Of a DNA stretch of 32,000 nucleotides, positions 17,131 through 26,030 are shown piece after piece. Within the stretch, counting starts at the first letter, position 1. Each line of letters starts with the position of its first letter. The position numbers and the translations under genes are program-made. The notes under the pieces are model-generated. The model was not told the DNA's origin, ran no database searches, and saw only the letters and a list, made by a program, of their open reading frames with translations. Source of the stretch: Bellilinea caldifistulae (GTDB lineage: Bacteria; Chloroflexota; Anaerolineae; Anaerolineales; Anaerolineaceae); assembly GCF_001306055.1 (NCBI RefSeq), contig NZ_LGHJ01000029.1:1-32000 (forward strand). The letters run 5' to 3'.

Positions 17131-17678
17131 GGGGCAGCTCCAATTTTTTCTAAATAGGATGATAGCAATACCTCATCCAATTGTCCAACATGGACACCTC
17201 TCAAGATCCCATCCTCATCCACAAAGTAAGTGGTTGGGAAACCAAAAACCTGAAACTTTTCGGCAATTTTCCCATCGGCATCCAGCAGGATTGGAAAGGT
17301 GATCTCTCGCTCTTCGATAAAACGACGAATGACATTCACGGATTCATTGTAATTAACCCCCAACACCACAATTCCGGAGTTTTGGCGGTAAACTTCCTCA
17401 AAAAGCGGCATTTCGGCTTTGCAGGGGTCACACCAGGTCGCCCAAAAATTCAATACAACCGGCTTTCCGACAAATTCCGAAAAGGTTAATTTGTTTCCAT
17501 CCAGGGATTCGAGTGTAAAGTCCGGAAAGCGTTGACCGGATTGGGGAATTTGGCTTTCGCGTTGAGCTGTCAGAGATTGATTGCCACCCCAAAAAATGAG
17601 TACTCCGACCAGACCGCCAAACACCAGACCGCCCAAAAGCAATGCTGCTGTCTTCCAGCTCACTCTGCTTTGCCTCAA
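17127..17678 (-). CDS. TlpA/ResA-family membrane-anchored thiol:disulfide oxidoreductase
   Basis: 183 aa. N-terminal TM anchor, then a thioredoxin fold with active site WATWCDPCKAEMP. 4-nt overlaps with both neighbouring genes. Confidence 0.85.
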   Translation of the reverse strand: MRQSRVSWKTAALLLGGLVFGGLVGVLIFWGGNQSLTAQRESQIPQSGQRFPDFTLESLDGNKLTFSEFVGKPVVLNFWATWCDPCKAEMPLFEEVYRQNSGIVVLGVNYNESVNVIRRFIEEREITFPILLDADGKIAEKFQVFGFPTTYFVDEDGILRGVHVGQLDEVLLSSYLEKIGAAP

Positions 17679-18427
17679 AGTCCCAAATCAATAAAGGTAC
17701 CGAACTGAGCTAATTGATTGAAGACACCCAAAAACAACATGATGCCGACAATAATCATCAACACCCCCATGGCTTTTTCTATATAAAACATGGCTTTACC
17801 GTGCTTACGAATGAGGTCGGTTACCCAGCCAATTCCCAAAGCTGCCAGCAAAAATGGAACTGCCAGCCCGGCCGAATAAAATCCCAATAAAACCAAACCC
17901 TGATTTACTGAACCACTATTGATGGCAAGGGTGAGAATCATTCCCAAAACAGGTCCAATACAAGGCGACCAGCCGGCGGAAAAGGTCACCCCCAACAAAG
18001 CAGAAGAAAGCAAACTGCGATTTTGATGAATTTTGCTTTGAGGTCGCAGATCATATTCTAGAAAATTCAGGCGAAGCAGCCCGGTCATATGAAGGCCAAA
18101 AATAATCACGATGATTCCGCCCAGTTTCGCTAAAACCGATCGAAAATCATACAGCAAACTCCCCACAGCCGACATCGTCAAGCCAAGGGTCAAGAAAACC
18201 GCACTGAAACCCAGGATAAACGCCAGGCCGTGTAGAAGGGTATTGAGGGTGTTTACCCGACTGGGGTTAGTTTGCGCTGCAGCCACCGACCTACCGCTCA
18301 AATACCCAATATAGGCAGGAATCAATGCAAAAACACAGGGTGAGAGAAAAGAAGCCAGCCCCGCCAGAAACGCTAAACCTGCCGAAACATTTACGGTAAC
18401 CATATCCTCTCCAAATTCATTTCTCAA
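17675..18427 (-). CDS. ccdA: Cytochrome c biogenesis protein CcdA (DsbD-family transmembrane electron transporter)
   Basis: 250 aa with six hydrophobic segments. The two conserved Cys motifs are LSPCVFALIPAY and WSPCIGPVLG. An alternative start at 18403 (MVTVNV) would remove the 11-nt overlap with the upstream gene. Confidence 0.85.
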   Translation of the reverse strand: MRNEFGEDMVTVNVSAGLAFLAGLASFLSPCVFALIPAYIGYLSGRSVAAAQTNPSRVNTLNTLLHGLAFILGFSAVFLTLGLTMSAVGSLLYDFRSVLAKLGGIIVIIFGLHMTGLLRLNFLEYDLRPQSKIHQNRSLLSSALLGVTFSAGWSPCIGPVLGMILTLAINSGSVNQGLVLLGFYSAGLAVPFLLAALGIGWVTDLIRKHGKAMFYIEKAMGVLMIIVGIMLFLGVFNQLAQFGTFIDLGL

Positions 18428-19529
18428 TCACATCAACGATAGTCCCACCTGGCATACCTACCTGCACATCTCCCGGGTCAAGGGGGACAATCGGCGTAGT
18501 CCATCGAAAGATAAAATGGGCATCTTCGGGTGCGCAATTGATGCAGCCCCGTGAACGAGGCGTTCCAAAATCGTTATGCCAAAAGGTAGAATGAATGGCA
18601 ACTCCCTCGCCGGTGAAGAGTGTCGTCCAGGCAACCCCCGGTAGGTCATATCCTGTACCGGTCTGCCCGCCGCTCATGTGAATGGAGATAGACTTCCTCC
18701 AGATCGGATGAGATCCAAGCGGTGTCCGCCATGCCTCAACAATTTCTCCGGCAGCATTCCAGATTGCCCCGGATGAGATCAGACAGGAAAACACCTCGCT
18801 CCGTCCCTCGTAACAGGATAAAATCTGACGGGTGGGGGTCACATCTACCACGATGCGCTTGTTTTCAACTTCAGGATGGATCGGTTCGAGTTCTTCTGGT
18901 TTGAGGGGACGGAATGCTTCGGCAGCCGCCCAGAAGACATCCCCATAAGAACCAAAACGCTCATTTACTCGATAGAGAATCTGTCCCTGAGAATTGGTAC
19001 GAACATCATCTACCCAAAGAATCTGGCTGTAATACAACCGCGGAACCGTGTTGTATTCAATGGTATACTTCAACCACGGCGAAGCCGGTGACCGGTTTTC
19101 CAGAAAAATTTGAGTGTGTGGAATCGTCACCTCAACCCACATGCCTCGACCAATACTACTCATGGGCAAGTCGGTGATAGGCTGGTTGGGTTGATTCTTG
19201 ACCGGCTGAAGACTGGGGGCATAAATATAACCATCCGGCGTTTCAACCCAACGCCGGCTTTGTCTTCCCAACGGAGCTTCACCAATCACCTCGCGCAGCC
19301 AGATCACAACCGCATCCTCATACAACTCACCCAGCGAGTCCGCATCAACCGAGGGCTTTTTACGGATGTTAACCTTCCCCACACACACTCTTCCCAGCCG
19401 CTCAGCATCTGGCCATTGCTGGAGCAACTCGCCCCACACTCGCCACGGCCGCAACGCCAGACTCCCCAGACTCAAAAAACCTGCCTTGAGAAAGTCCCTT
19501 CTAGATAGACGAGTTTCTGCCCATTTCAT
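18417..19529 (-). CDS. Tat-exported L,D-transpeptidase (YkuD domain) with SH3b domain
   Basis: Twin-arginine signal LSRRDFLKAG. SH3b-like segment GKVNIRKKPSVDADSLGELYEDAVV. YkuD catalytic motif HSTFWHNDFGTPRSRGCINC. The ORF track starts at TTG 19535. I prefer ATG 19529 (MKWAETRLSRRDFLK). Confidence 0.85.
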   Translation of the reverse strand: MKWAETRLSRRDFLKAGFLSLGSLALRPWRVWGELLQQWPDAERLGRVCVGKVNIRKKPSVDADSLGELYEDAVVIWLREVIGEAPLGRQSRRWVETPDGYIYAPSLQPVKNQPNQPITDLPMSSIGRGMWVEVTIPHTQIFLENRSPASPWLKYTIEYNTVPRLYYSQILWVDDVRTNSQGQILYRVNERFGSYGDVFWAAAEAFRPLKPEELEPIHPEVENKRIVVDVTPTRQILSCYEGRSEVFSCLISSGAIWNAAGEIVEAWRTPLGSHPIWRKSISIHMSGGQTGTGYDLPGVAWTTLFTGEGVAIHSTFWHNDFGTPRSRGCINCAPEDAHFIFRWTTPIVPLDPGDVQVGMPGGTIVDVIEK

Positions 19530-19536
19530 AGTCAAA

Positions 19537-19565
19537 AAGATAACCAGAAAAATCTAATTTGTCAA
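19537..19565 (-). promoter_or_regulatory. Candidate sigma70-like promoter for the Ldt-ccdA-tlpA operon
   Basis: On the minus strand: TTGACA (19565-19560), a 17-nt spacer, then TATCTT (19542-19537). The predicted start site would fall within a few nt of ATG 19529, implying a very short or absent leader. Pattern match only. Confidence 0.2.
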
Positions 19566-19594
19566 TCAATCTTCAATTAAAAGCACATAAGAGT

Positions 19595-21127
19595 TCAGGA
19601 AACCAGCTCTCCGCTTGTGATCAATTTTTCAACCCGTTCGATTTCAGGCGCCCACCAGGCATCTCCCTCCCGGTAAGGCACTTTTTCTCTTATAGAAGTC
19701 CACAACTGCTGAGTTCCATGCCCCAATCGAAATTGAGGCATTTGCCTCATGCGTAAATCCACTGCACGTGCAGCCGTGAACAGCTCAATGGCCAAAACTC
19801 TTTGGGTATTGCGTAAAATTTGCCAGCAGTGACGGGCTGCGGTCATCGCATTGGCATTGTGGTCTTCCTGCCCGCCAGAAGTCGGTAGAGAATGAACGCT
19901 ATCGGGATGAGCCAGCGTTTGGTTTTCCAAAACCAGTGATGCGGCAGTGTAGTGGGGCATCATCAGACCAGAATTTAAACCGGCAGCCTCAGGAGAATCG
20001 ACCAGCATCGGTGGAAGTCCCCCATTCAACTTGGCATCCAATAACCGAAAAATTCTTCGTTCAGAGATGGCAGCCAGCTCTGCCAGGGCAATTCCCACAT
20101 AATCCATCGCCAGACCAATGGGTTCGCCATGAAAATTTCCACCGGAAAGTGCTACACCCGGTTCAAACAACAGGGGATTATCCGTGGCTGCATTTAATTC
20201 AATTTGAATGATGCGCTCCGCAAATTCGATTGTTTCTAAAATCGTCCCATGTACCTGTGGAGTGCACCTTAAAGAATATGCATCCTGTACACGACAGGCT
20301 GCGTCGAGAAAGGTGCTACCACCGATGTCCTTGCGGATCTCTTTGGCTATGCGCATTTGACCGTCATGGCCGCGCGCTTGATGAATCCGTTCATCAAAGG
20401 CAGCCGAACAGCCCAATAAAGCCTCCAAACTCAGGGCAGTGGCTTTATTTGCAATACGGATGGATTGATAAGCATCATAAATAATCAAAGCCGCCATTGC
20501 AGCACTGAAGGTCGCACCATTGTTGATAGCCAGTCCTTCTTTGGGGCCTAAAATCAGGCGCGGAATTCCAGCCCGATTCATTGCCTCTTTTCCGGTCAAA
20601 ATCTCTCCTTCGTATTCCGCCCAACCCGATTCTTCATCAAGGTCGGCTTCATCTGTTGTAAAAACCAGTGCCAGATGAGACAACGGGCTAAGATCACCGG
20701 ATGAACCCAATGAGCCCTGTTGAGGAACCAGCGGGGTAACCTTCTTGTTGAGCATTTTTATCAGGGTTTGAGCCACCTCTTCCCGGACACCCGAATACCC
20801 TTTAACCAATGTGTTCGCCCGCACCAGCATCGCGGCCCGCACAACATCGGCTGGCAGTGGCTCTCCTACCGCTACCGCATGACTTAAGATCAAATTCCGG
20901 CTTAGCCGGTTGCTGTCCTCAAGCGGGATCCGTTTTTCGGAAAAGATTCCAAAACCGGTATTGATCCCATAAACGGCTTGATCGGATTTCAAAATCGTCT
21001 CTAAAATTCGTCGGGACCGCCTTAAGTTTTCGATCCCTTGAGGGGCAATCTCTACTTCTTCACCATATCGGGCAACCGAAACGACGCTGTTGATGTCAAG
21101 ATGATTCCCGTCAATTAGTATCATCAA
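19595..21127 (-). CDS. hutH: Histidine ammonia-lyase family (MIO-dependent aromatic amino acid lyase)
   Basis: 510 aa. GINTGFG, NLILSHAVAVG (the Ser-His pair typical of HAL at the substrate-selectivity position) and GSLGSSGDLSPLSH (MIO region, Ser-Ser-Gly at nt 20696-20704). Confidence 0.85.
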   Translation of the reverse strand: MMILIDGNHLDINSVVSVARYGEEVEIAPQGIENLRRSRRILETILKSDQAVYGINTGFGIFSEKRIPLEDSNRLSRNLILSHAVAVGEPLPADVVRAAMLVRANTLVKGYSGVREEVAQTLIKMLNKKVTPLVPQQGSLGSSGDLSPLSHLALVFTTDEADLDEESGWAEYEGEILTGKEAMNRAGIPRLILGPKEGLAINNGATFSAAMAALIIYDAYQSIRIANKATALSLEALLGCSAAFDERIHQARGHDGQMRIAKEIRKDIGGSTFLDAACRVQDAYSLRCTPQVHGTILETIEFAERIIQIELNAATDNPLLFEPGVALSGGNFHGEPIGLAMDYVGIALAELAAISERRIFRLLDAKLNGGLPPMLVDSPEAAGLNSGLMMPHYTAASLVLENQTLAHPDSVHSLPTSGGQEDHNANAMTAARHCWQILRNTQRVLAIELFTAARAVDLRMRQMPQFRLGHGTQQLWTSIREKVPYREGDAWWAPEIERVEKLITSGELVS

Positions 21128-21140
21128 AAAACCTCTTCGG

Positions 21141-21854
21141 TCAGAAAAGAAAATGTCCTAAGACCACACACCCCAATGGGACGGTGAGGTTGTCAATATC
21201 CTTCATCGGCAAGGACTCAATGGCTGTGGCGATAAGAGCCAATCCGGTTACCGGCAACAACAAAGAAGATAAAGAATGAGAAAGTTTACCAGAAATCACA
21301 AACACAGACAGAATCACAATTGAAAATAACCAACCGGCAAAAAACATGGCGGCGGTTCCAAACCATGTCTTTCTGGGTGACCAGGGAAGTGGTTTTCCCG
21401 GTATTCTTTTACCAATTACATCCGCCAGGCCATCACCACCACACATCATCATCAAAGCCGTAATGCCAATCGGAGAATCATACCAGTAGACTATCGTTAA
21501 AATCACAAAGACTATTCCGTAAAGAAGTGGTCCTCTCAAAATTTCACGCGGATCCCCGCTGCGTGACATTCCATCCACGGCTGCCTGATCGCGTATAACC
21601 CCAATTCCAATCAAAAAAAATTGAATGGTAATCGCAAAAGGCACCAGCGCAGCCAGCCAGCGAGAGGATGACTGATCGGTAAACAACAACCAGCATAAAA
21701 CAAATATCGGGCCTGTACCGGCATGGATGATTTTTCTGCTCAGTTGAGAACTGATCCAACCACGGTGCGCAAGAAAATCGTTAAAGCGCAGCCATAGCAA
21801 GGCCAAAGCAAAGGTAACTACCAGTGCCAGCAAATTATTTCCAAGCATCCTCAC
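21141..21854 (-). CDS. CTP-dependent polyprenol/phytol/dolichol kinase-family membrane protein (COG0170-like)
   Basis: 237 aa with about 6-7 TM helices. LSRKIIHAGTGP and CGGDGLADVIGKR motifs resemble the VTE5/Sec59 kinase family. Confidence 0.6.
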   Translation of the reverse strand: MRMLGNNLLALVVTFALALLWLRFNDFLAHRGWISSQLSRKIIHAGTGPIFVLCWLLFTDQSSSRWLAALVPFAITIQFFLIGIGVIRDQAAVDGMSRSGDPREILRGPLLYGIVFVILTIVYWYDSPIGITALMMMCGGDGLADVIGKRIPGKPLPWSPRKTWFGTAAMFFAGWLFSIVILSVFVISGKLSHSLSSLLLPVTGLALIATAIESLPMKDIDNLTVPLGCVVLGHFLF

Positions 21855-21883
21855 CCCTTGCCATGAATGGGAAAAGGATCGCC

Positions 21884-22336
21884 CTAAAAATCACGCCCTC
21901 TTTCCCTTTCCATTTCTCGCGTCTGGTCGCGTTTGGCAATCTCATGGCGTTTATCATAAAGTTTTTTTCCCTTTGCCACGGCAATTTCTATCTTAGCTTT
22001 ACCATCTTTCAAGTATACCTGAACGGGCACAATCGTTACCCCCTTTTGACGCACCGCATTCCACAGTTCGCGAATTTCGCGCTTGTGCAGAAGAAGTTTT
22101 CTCGGACGGCGAGGATCATGATTGAACCGATTCGCCTGTTCATAGGGGGCAATATGGGCGTTGATCAGCCAGGCTTCCTTCCCATCGGTTTGAACATAAG
22201 CCTCTGCTAAACTGATTTGCCCGGCTCGAATGGACTTGATTTCACTTCCCTGAAGCGCAATTCCGGCTTCGTAGGTTTCGAGTAAAAAATACTCAAAACG
22301 TGCCTTTCGGTTTGTGGCGACCACTTTCATTGACAT
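21884..22336 (-). CDS. smpB: SsrA-binding protein SmpB
   Basis: 150 aa. NRKARFEYFLLETYEAGIALQGSEIKSIRAG and a basic C-terminal tail. Confidence 0.95.
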   Translation of the reverse strand: MSMKVVATNRKARFEYFLLETYEAGIALQGSEIKSIRAGQISLAEAYVQTDGKEAWLINAHIAPYEQANRFNHDPRRPRKLLLHKREIRELWNAVRQKGVTIVPVQVYLKDGKAKIEIAVAKGKKLYDKRHEIAKRDQTREMERERGRDF

Positions 22337-22355
22337 ACCAGCGATTTTAACACAT

Positions 22356-23645
22356 CTACTTCCAGCGGACTATGTTCAACCCCGACCAGAAACGGAATAT
22401 AGCAAAAAACAACAAAGCCCATCGAATTCCAATGATCGAACTTACCGACGGGCCAATTAACGACCCCAGTAAAATTCCTGCATTGGCAAATAGATTAAAC
22501 CACGCAAGATGGGCAGAACGAGTTTCCGAAGGGGCTTTTTCCAGCACAAAGTTGAACATCGTGCTGCTTGCCAGCCCCCATCCAGTGCCGCCCAATAAAT
22601 GGGCTGCCAGATACGGAACTGGCGTATATGACAGGCTTAAAATAAACGGATATCCCGAAAGGAAAATCAAACCAAGTCCGGTAACTTTCTGATTTCCAAA
22701 AATTCCCACCAACCGTGAAACCTGACTGGATATGATCAGCATTGCCAGAAAAAATATGGCATTGGCTATACTGATGGTTTGATCAGACACTGCCAACACC
22801 TTTACCGCAAATACAGGAAATAAAGGGAGCGGAAGAAATTGCGCCAAATGAAAAGAAAACATCATCCACAAGACCGATCGAAAGGGGCTCTTGAGGATTT
22901 CCAAATGCAGGGAATTGTTGGCAAGACTTTGGATGTTTTTTGAGGGATATTTTACCCCTCTGGTTTTCTCTTCTTGATCGTGATTCATATCAAATTGATT
23001 ATTGGAGAATGGTCTTTCATCGGTCGCAGGTCGAATCAAGCCCAAATGCAAAGTGGACAGAGCTGCACTGAAAAAACCAATTGCAAAGACAATCTGATAT
23101 CCCAATGGAAACCGGAAATGATCCAGGATATAGCCGCAGGTAAGAGAAGTGAGAATCGAGATGATTGCAAAAAATACATTACGAATTCCCGCAATTTGAG
23201 CGCGATCCTGAATGGGTATTGCTTCCGCAAACAACGCGTTAAAAGCCACGCCTAAGCCGGTGGCTGGTATGTACATCAGGAAAACCATTACAAGGATTAT
23301 TGGGATTTGGAAATCAACTGACAATCGAGCGGGAATCAGGAAGAGTGGAAGATAAAAGAGGCGCATTAAAAGCGCAGTAATCAAGGTTGCCCGGCGTTTG
23401 GATTGAGGCTCTATCCACACCCCAAATGGTAACGAGAAAAGAATAGCCATGATTGCTGGAGCAGCATTGATCAAACCGATTTGTTGAGCATTGGCCCCAA
23501 TCCGGGTTGCATAAACTGCCAAAAACGAAAGCGCACTGCCGTTCAAAACCCCAAACCAGATCACATCGGCATAAAAATGATAATAATTGCGTTTTACTTG
23601 TGGAGATGCTTGTGGTGGTAAGATTGAAAACACGTGAAATGCCAT
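22356..23645 (-). CDS. MFS-type transporter
   Basis: 429 aa. 6+6 hydrophobic segments split by a ~60-aa hydrophilic central loop. Substrate not inferable. Confidence 0.7.
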   Translation of the reverse strand: MAFHVFSILPPQASPQVKRNYYHFYADVIWFGVLNGSALSFLAVYATRIGANAQQIGLINAAPAIMAILFSLPFGVWIEPQSKRRATLITALLMRLFYLPLFLIPARLSVDFQIPIILVMVFLMYIPATGLGVAFNALFAEAIPIQDRAQIAGIRNVFFAIISILTSLTCGYILDHFRFPLGYQIVFAIGFFSAALSTLHLGLIRPATDERPFSNNQFDMNHDQEEKTRGVKYPSKNIQSLANNSLHLEILKSPFRSVLWMMFSFHLAQFLPLPLFPVFAVKVLAVSDQTISIANAIFFLAMLIISSQVSRLVGIFGNQKVTGLGLIFLSGYPFILSLSYTPVPYLAAHLLGGTGWGLASSTMFNFVLEKAPSETRSAHLAWFNLFANAGILLGSLIGPSVSSIIGIRWALLFFAIFRFWSGLNIVRWK

Positions 23646-23661
23646 AGCGGAGCTCAGGCCA

Positions 23662-24840
23662 ATGAATATTCAAACTCAGTCACATCAATCAACTTATCGC
23701 TCATTATTCTTGCTTAGACCGGATATCGTCTTTCTCAACCATGGTTCTTTTGGGGCTACGCCCATACCTGTTTTTGAACGCTATCAGTACTGGCAAAGAG
23801 AACTTGAACGCCAGCCGGTTGAATTTTTAGGACGCAGGGCAAGAGACCTTTTGTCACAATCACGGGCAGCCTTGGCCGAGTACCTCCACACCCAGCCCGC
23901 TAATCTGGTTTACGTCACCAATGCCACGACCGGTTTAAATATCATCGCCAGAAGCTTAAATCTCACCCGTCAAGATGAGGTTCTGAGTACGGATCACGAA
24001 TACGGGGCTTTGGATCGAACATGGCGATTCCTTGCTCAAAAACGCGGTTTCAAGTATATCAACCAGCCGTTAAACCTGCCAGTAAAAAATCCAGACCAAA
24101 TTATCGCAAACTTTTGGGCAGGGGTTTCTCCCAATACCAGAGTAATTTTCATCAGTCACATCACTTCACCCACTGCTCTAATTCTTCCAGTTCAAACCAT
24201 TTGCAAACTGGCTCGCCGGCAGGGTATCCTCACGATTGTTGACGGAGCACATGCCCCCGGTCAAATCGAGCTCAACCTGGAAGACCTTGGTGCTGATTTC
24301 TATGTAGGCAACCTCCACAAATGGCTGTGCGCCCCAAAAGGTTCTGCCTTCATTTATGCTCACCCCAATGTTCAGCACTTGATTGAACCTTTAATCGTCT
24401 CGTGGGGGTGGGAGAGTGAAACTCCCGGTGAGTCCCGCTTTGTAGATTACCTTGAATGGAGCGGCACACGTGATATTTCCGCATTTCTAACAGTGCCAGA
24501 TGCCATTCACTTTCAACAGCAGATGGGTTGGAAAGAATTGCGGCAGAGTTGCCATCAGATGGCTGCTCAGACCCGGCAAATGATTGAAGAGGTGACAGGC
24601 CAATCGGCTTTGTATCCGGATAGCCCTGAGTGGTATATGCAGATGGGCACTGTGCCGCTGCCCGAGAAATTGGACTCGGCTGCTCTTCAGGATCGGTTGT
24701 ATCGGGAATTTAATATCGAAATACCTGTTACAAGGTGGCGAAATCGCCATTTGATTCGTTTTTCCCTTCAGATTTACAATGATGAATCGGATATTCTTGC
24801 TTTAAAGAAGGCTCTCTCTGTTATACTTTGCAAAGTTTGA
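23662..24840 (+). CDS. Class V aminotransferase-fold PLP-dependent enzyme (isopenicillin-N epimerase/cysteine desulfurase-like)
   Basis: 392 aa. FLNHGSFGATP, NATTGLN, VDGAHAPGQ and NLHKWLCAPKG (PLP lysine) motifs. Confidence 0.8.
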   Translation: MNIQTQSHQSTYRSLFLLRPDIVFLNHGSFGATPIPVFERYQYWQRELERQPVEFLGRRARDLLSQSRAALAEYLHTQPANLVYVTNATTGLNIIARSLNLTRQDEVLSTDHEYGALDRTWRFLAQKRGFKYINQPLNLPVKNPDQIIANFWAGVSPNTRVIFISHITSPTALILPVQTICKLARRQGILTIVDGAHAPGQIELNLEDLGADFYVGNLHKWLCAPKGSAFIYAHPNVQHLIEPLIVSWGWESETPGESRFVDYLEWSGTRDISAFLTVPDAIHFQQQMGWKELRQSCHQMAAQTRQMIEEVTGQSALYPDSPEWYMQMGTVPLPEKLDSAALQDRLYREFNIEIPVTRWRNRHLIRFSLQIYNDESDILALKKALSVILCKV

Positions 24841-24867
24841 TTCAAAAATTCATAGAGGAGGACATGG

Positions 24868-25791
24868 ATGACTGAGATTGCACTGGCTTTGGGTGGCGGC
24901 GGTGTGAAGGGAATTGCTCACATTGGCGTTATAAAACAATTGGAGAAGGAAGGCTTCAAAATTCGCGCCATTGCGGGTACCAGCGCAGGTGGAATCGTCG
25001 GTGCTGTTTATGCCGCCGGCATTAGCCTTGACTTGATTATCTCTGAACTGGGGATGGTTAATCAAAAAGATTTCTTCTCCCGGAAACCCCATGATCCGCC
25101 CTCGTTACTTGGTCTGGCAGGTCTGGTCAATTTCCTCAACAACTACCTGGAAGGTAAAAACTTCTCAGATTTATCCATTCCTCTGGCATTAACTGCTGTG
25201 GATATCCGCTCCAAGCAGGAAATCATTCTGAACAAAGGCAGTGTGGTGCAGGCTGTGCTCGCAACTGTTGCCATTCCCGGTGTCTTTCCGCCAGTCTTCT
25301 TGAACAACATGGAGCTGGTGGATGGGGGGGTACTGGACCCGGTACCCGTTGCCGTTGCCCGCTGGCTGGCGCCTCATTTGCCTGTCGTTGCGGTTTGTCT
25401 CTCGCCCTCCCCCGAAGAATGGCGCGAAATACCAGAGTTGAGTGTGCCAATTGACCCCCCGCTTCCGCGTCCCATTCTTCAGCAAATAACCCAATCCAGA
25501 ATTGCTCAGTCCTTGAGAATTTTTGTCAACTCCATGGACATTACCAGCCGAATGGTCACTGAATTGCGCTTACAGGTTGAAAAGCCGGATGTAATTATTC
25601 GCCCCGAAGTCCATCACATTGCCCCATTGGATCGGGTAAATCCGCAGGAATTGCTGGAAGCGGGTGAAAAAAGTGTGCTGGATATTCTGCCCCGTTTGCA
25701 CGAATCGCTTGCCTGGTATTATCAGATTGTCCGCCGTTTCCGCGGTGCTCATCCTCCCGGAAAAGTTTTAGAAGAAGACCTCAACGATTAA
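24868..25791 (+). CDS. Patatin-like phospholipase (RssA/COG1752-like)
   Basis: 307 aa. Oxyanion GGGGVKG, nucleophile elbow GTSAGG, catalytic Asp in VDGGV. GAGGAGG SD 6 nt upstream of the ATG. Confidence 0.9.
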   Translation: MTEIALALGGGGVKGIAHIGVIKQLEKEGFKIRAIAGTSAGGIVGAVYAAGISLDLIISELGMVNQKDFFSRKPHDPPSLLGLAGLVNFLNNYLEGKNFSDLSIPLALTAVDIRSKQEIILNKGSVVQAVLATVAIPGVFPPVFLNNMELVDGGVLDPVPVAVARWLAPHLPVVAVCLSPSPEEWREIPELSVPIDPPLPRPILQQITQSRIAQSLRIFVNSMDITSRMVTELRLQVEKPDVIIRPEVHHIAPLDRVNPQELLEAGEKSVLDILPRLHESLAWYYQIVRRFRGAHPPGKVLEEDLND

Positions 25792-25796
25792 ATTTT

Positions 25797-26030
25797 TTGC
25801 CGATGATTCGCGACCTGCGCCGTTATGCCCGCCAAACGACCGTCCGCTTAATTGTCGGCGGTATTTTGCTGATATTATTGGTTGGCGGGGGTTTAATCCT
25901 TTATTTTTATGGAAGTGGCGCACTTGTTTTAGGAATTCTCTGCTTTATTGCTGGACTTACCCCAATTGTCTTAATCGTGTTTATTCTGAGTTTGTTGGAG
26001 TGGATCGTCAAACGTGAACGAGGTAACTGA
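25797..26030 (+). CDS. Small hydrophobic membrane protein (2-3 TM helices), unknown function
   Basis: 77 aa. TTG at 25797 or ATG at 25803. Basic N-terminus, then two long hydrophobic stretches. Starts 5 nt after the patatin stop, and its 3' end overlaps the next gene's GTG start by 17 nt. Confidence 0.5.
   Translation: MPMIRDLRRYARQTTVRLIVGGILLILLVGGGLILYFYGSGALVLGILCFIAGLTPIVLIVFILSLLEWIVKRERGN

Noticed and set aside
19110-19508. 132-aa plus-strand ORF antisense to the L,D-transpeptidase gene, plus similar antisense ORFs at 4497-4946, 13044-13418 and 15378-15743
   Set aside because: They are antisense or alternative frames inside CDSs with strong family signatures. The translations are Arg/Pro/Ser/His-rich with no domains, which is the expected by-product of codon bias.
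21855-21883. Possible hairpin/terminator between smpB and the polyprenol-kinase-like gene
   Set aside because: Only short imperfect complementarity (CCCTT...AAGG-like) and no T-tract on the transcribed strand.
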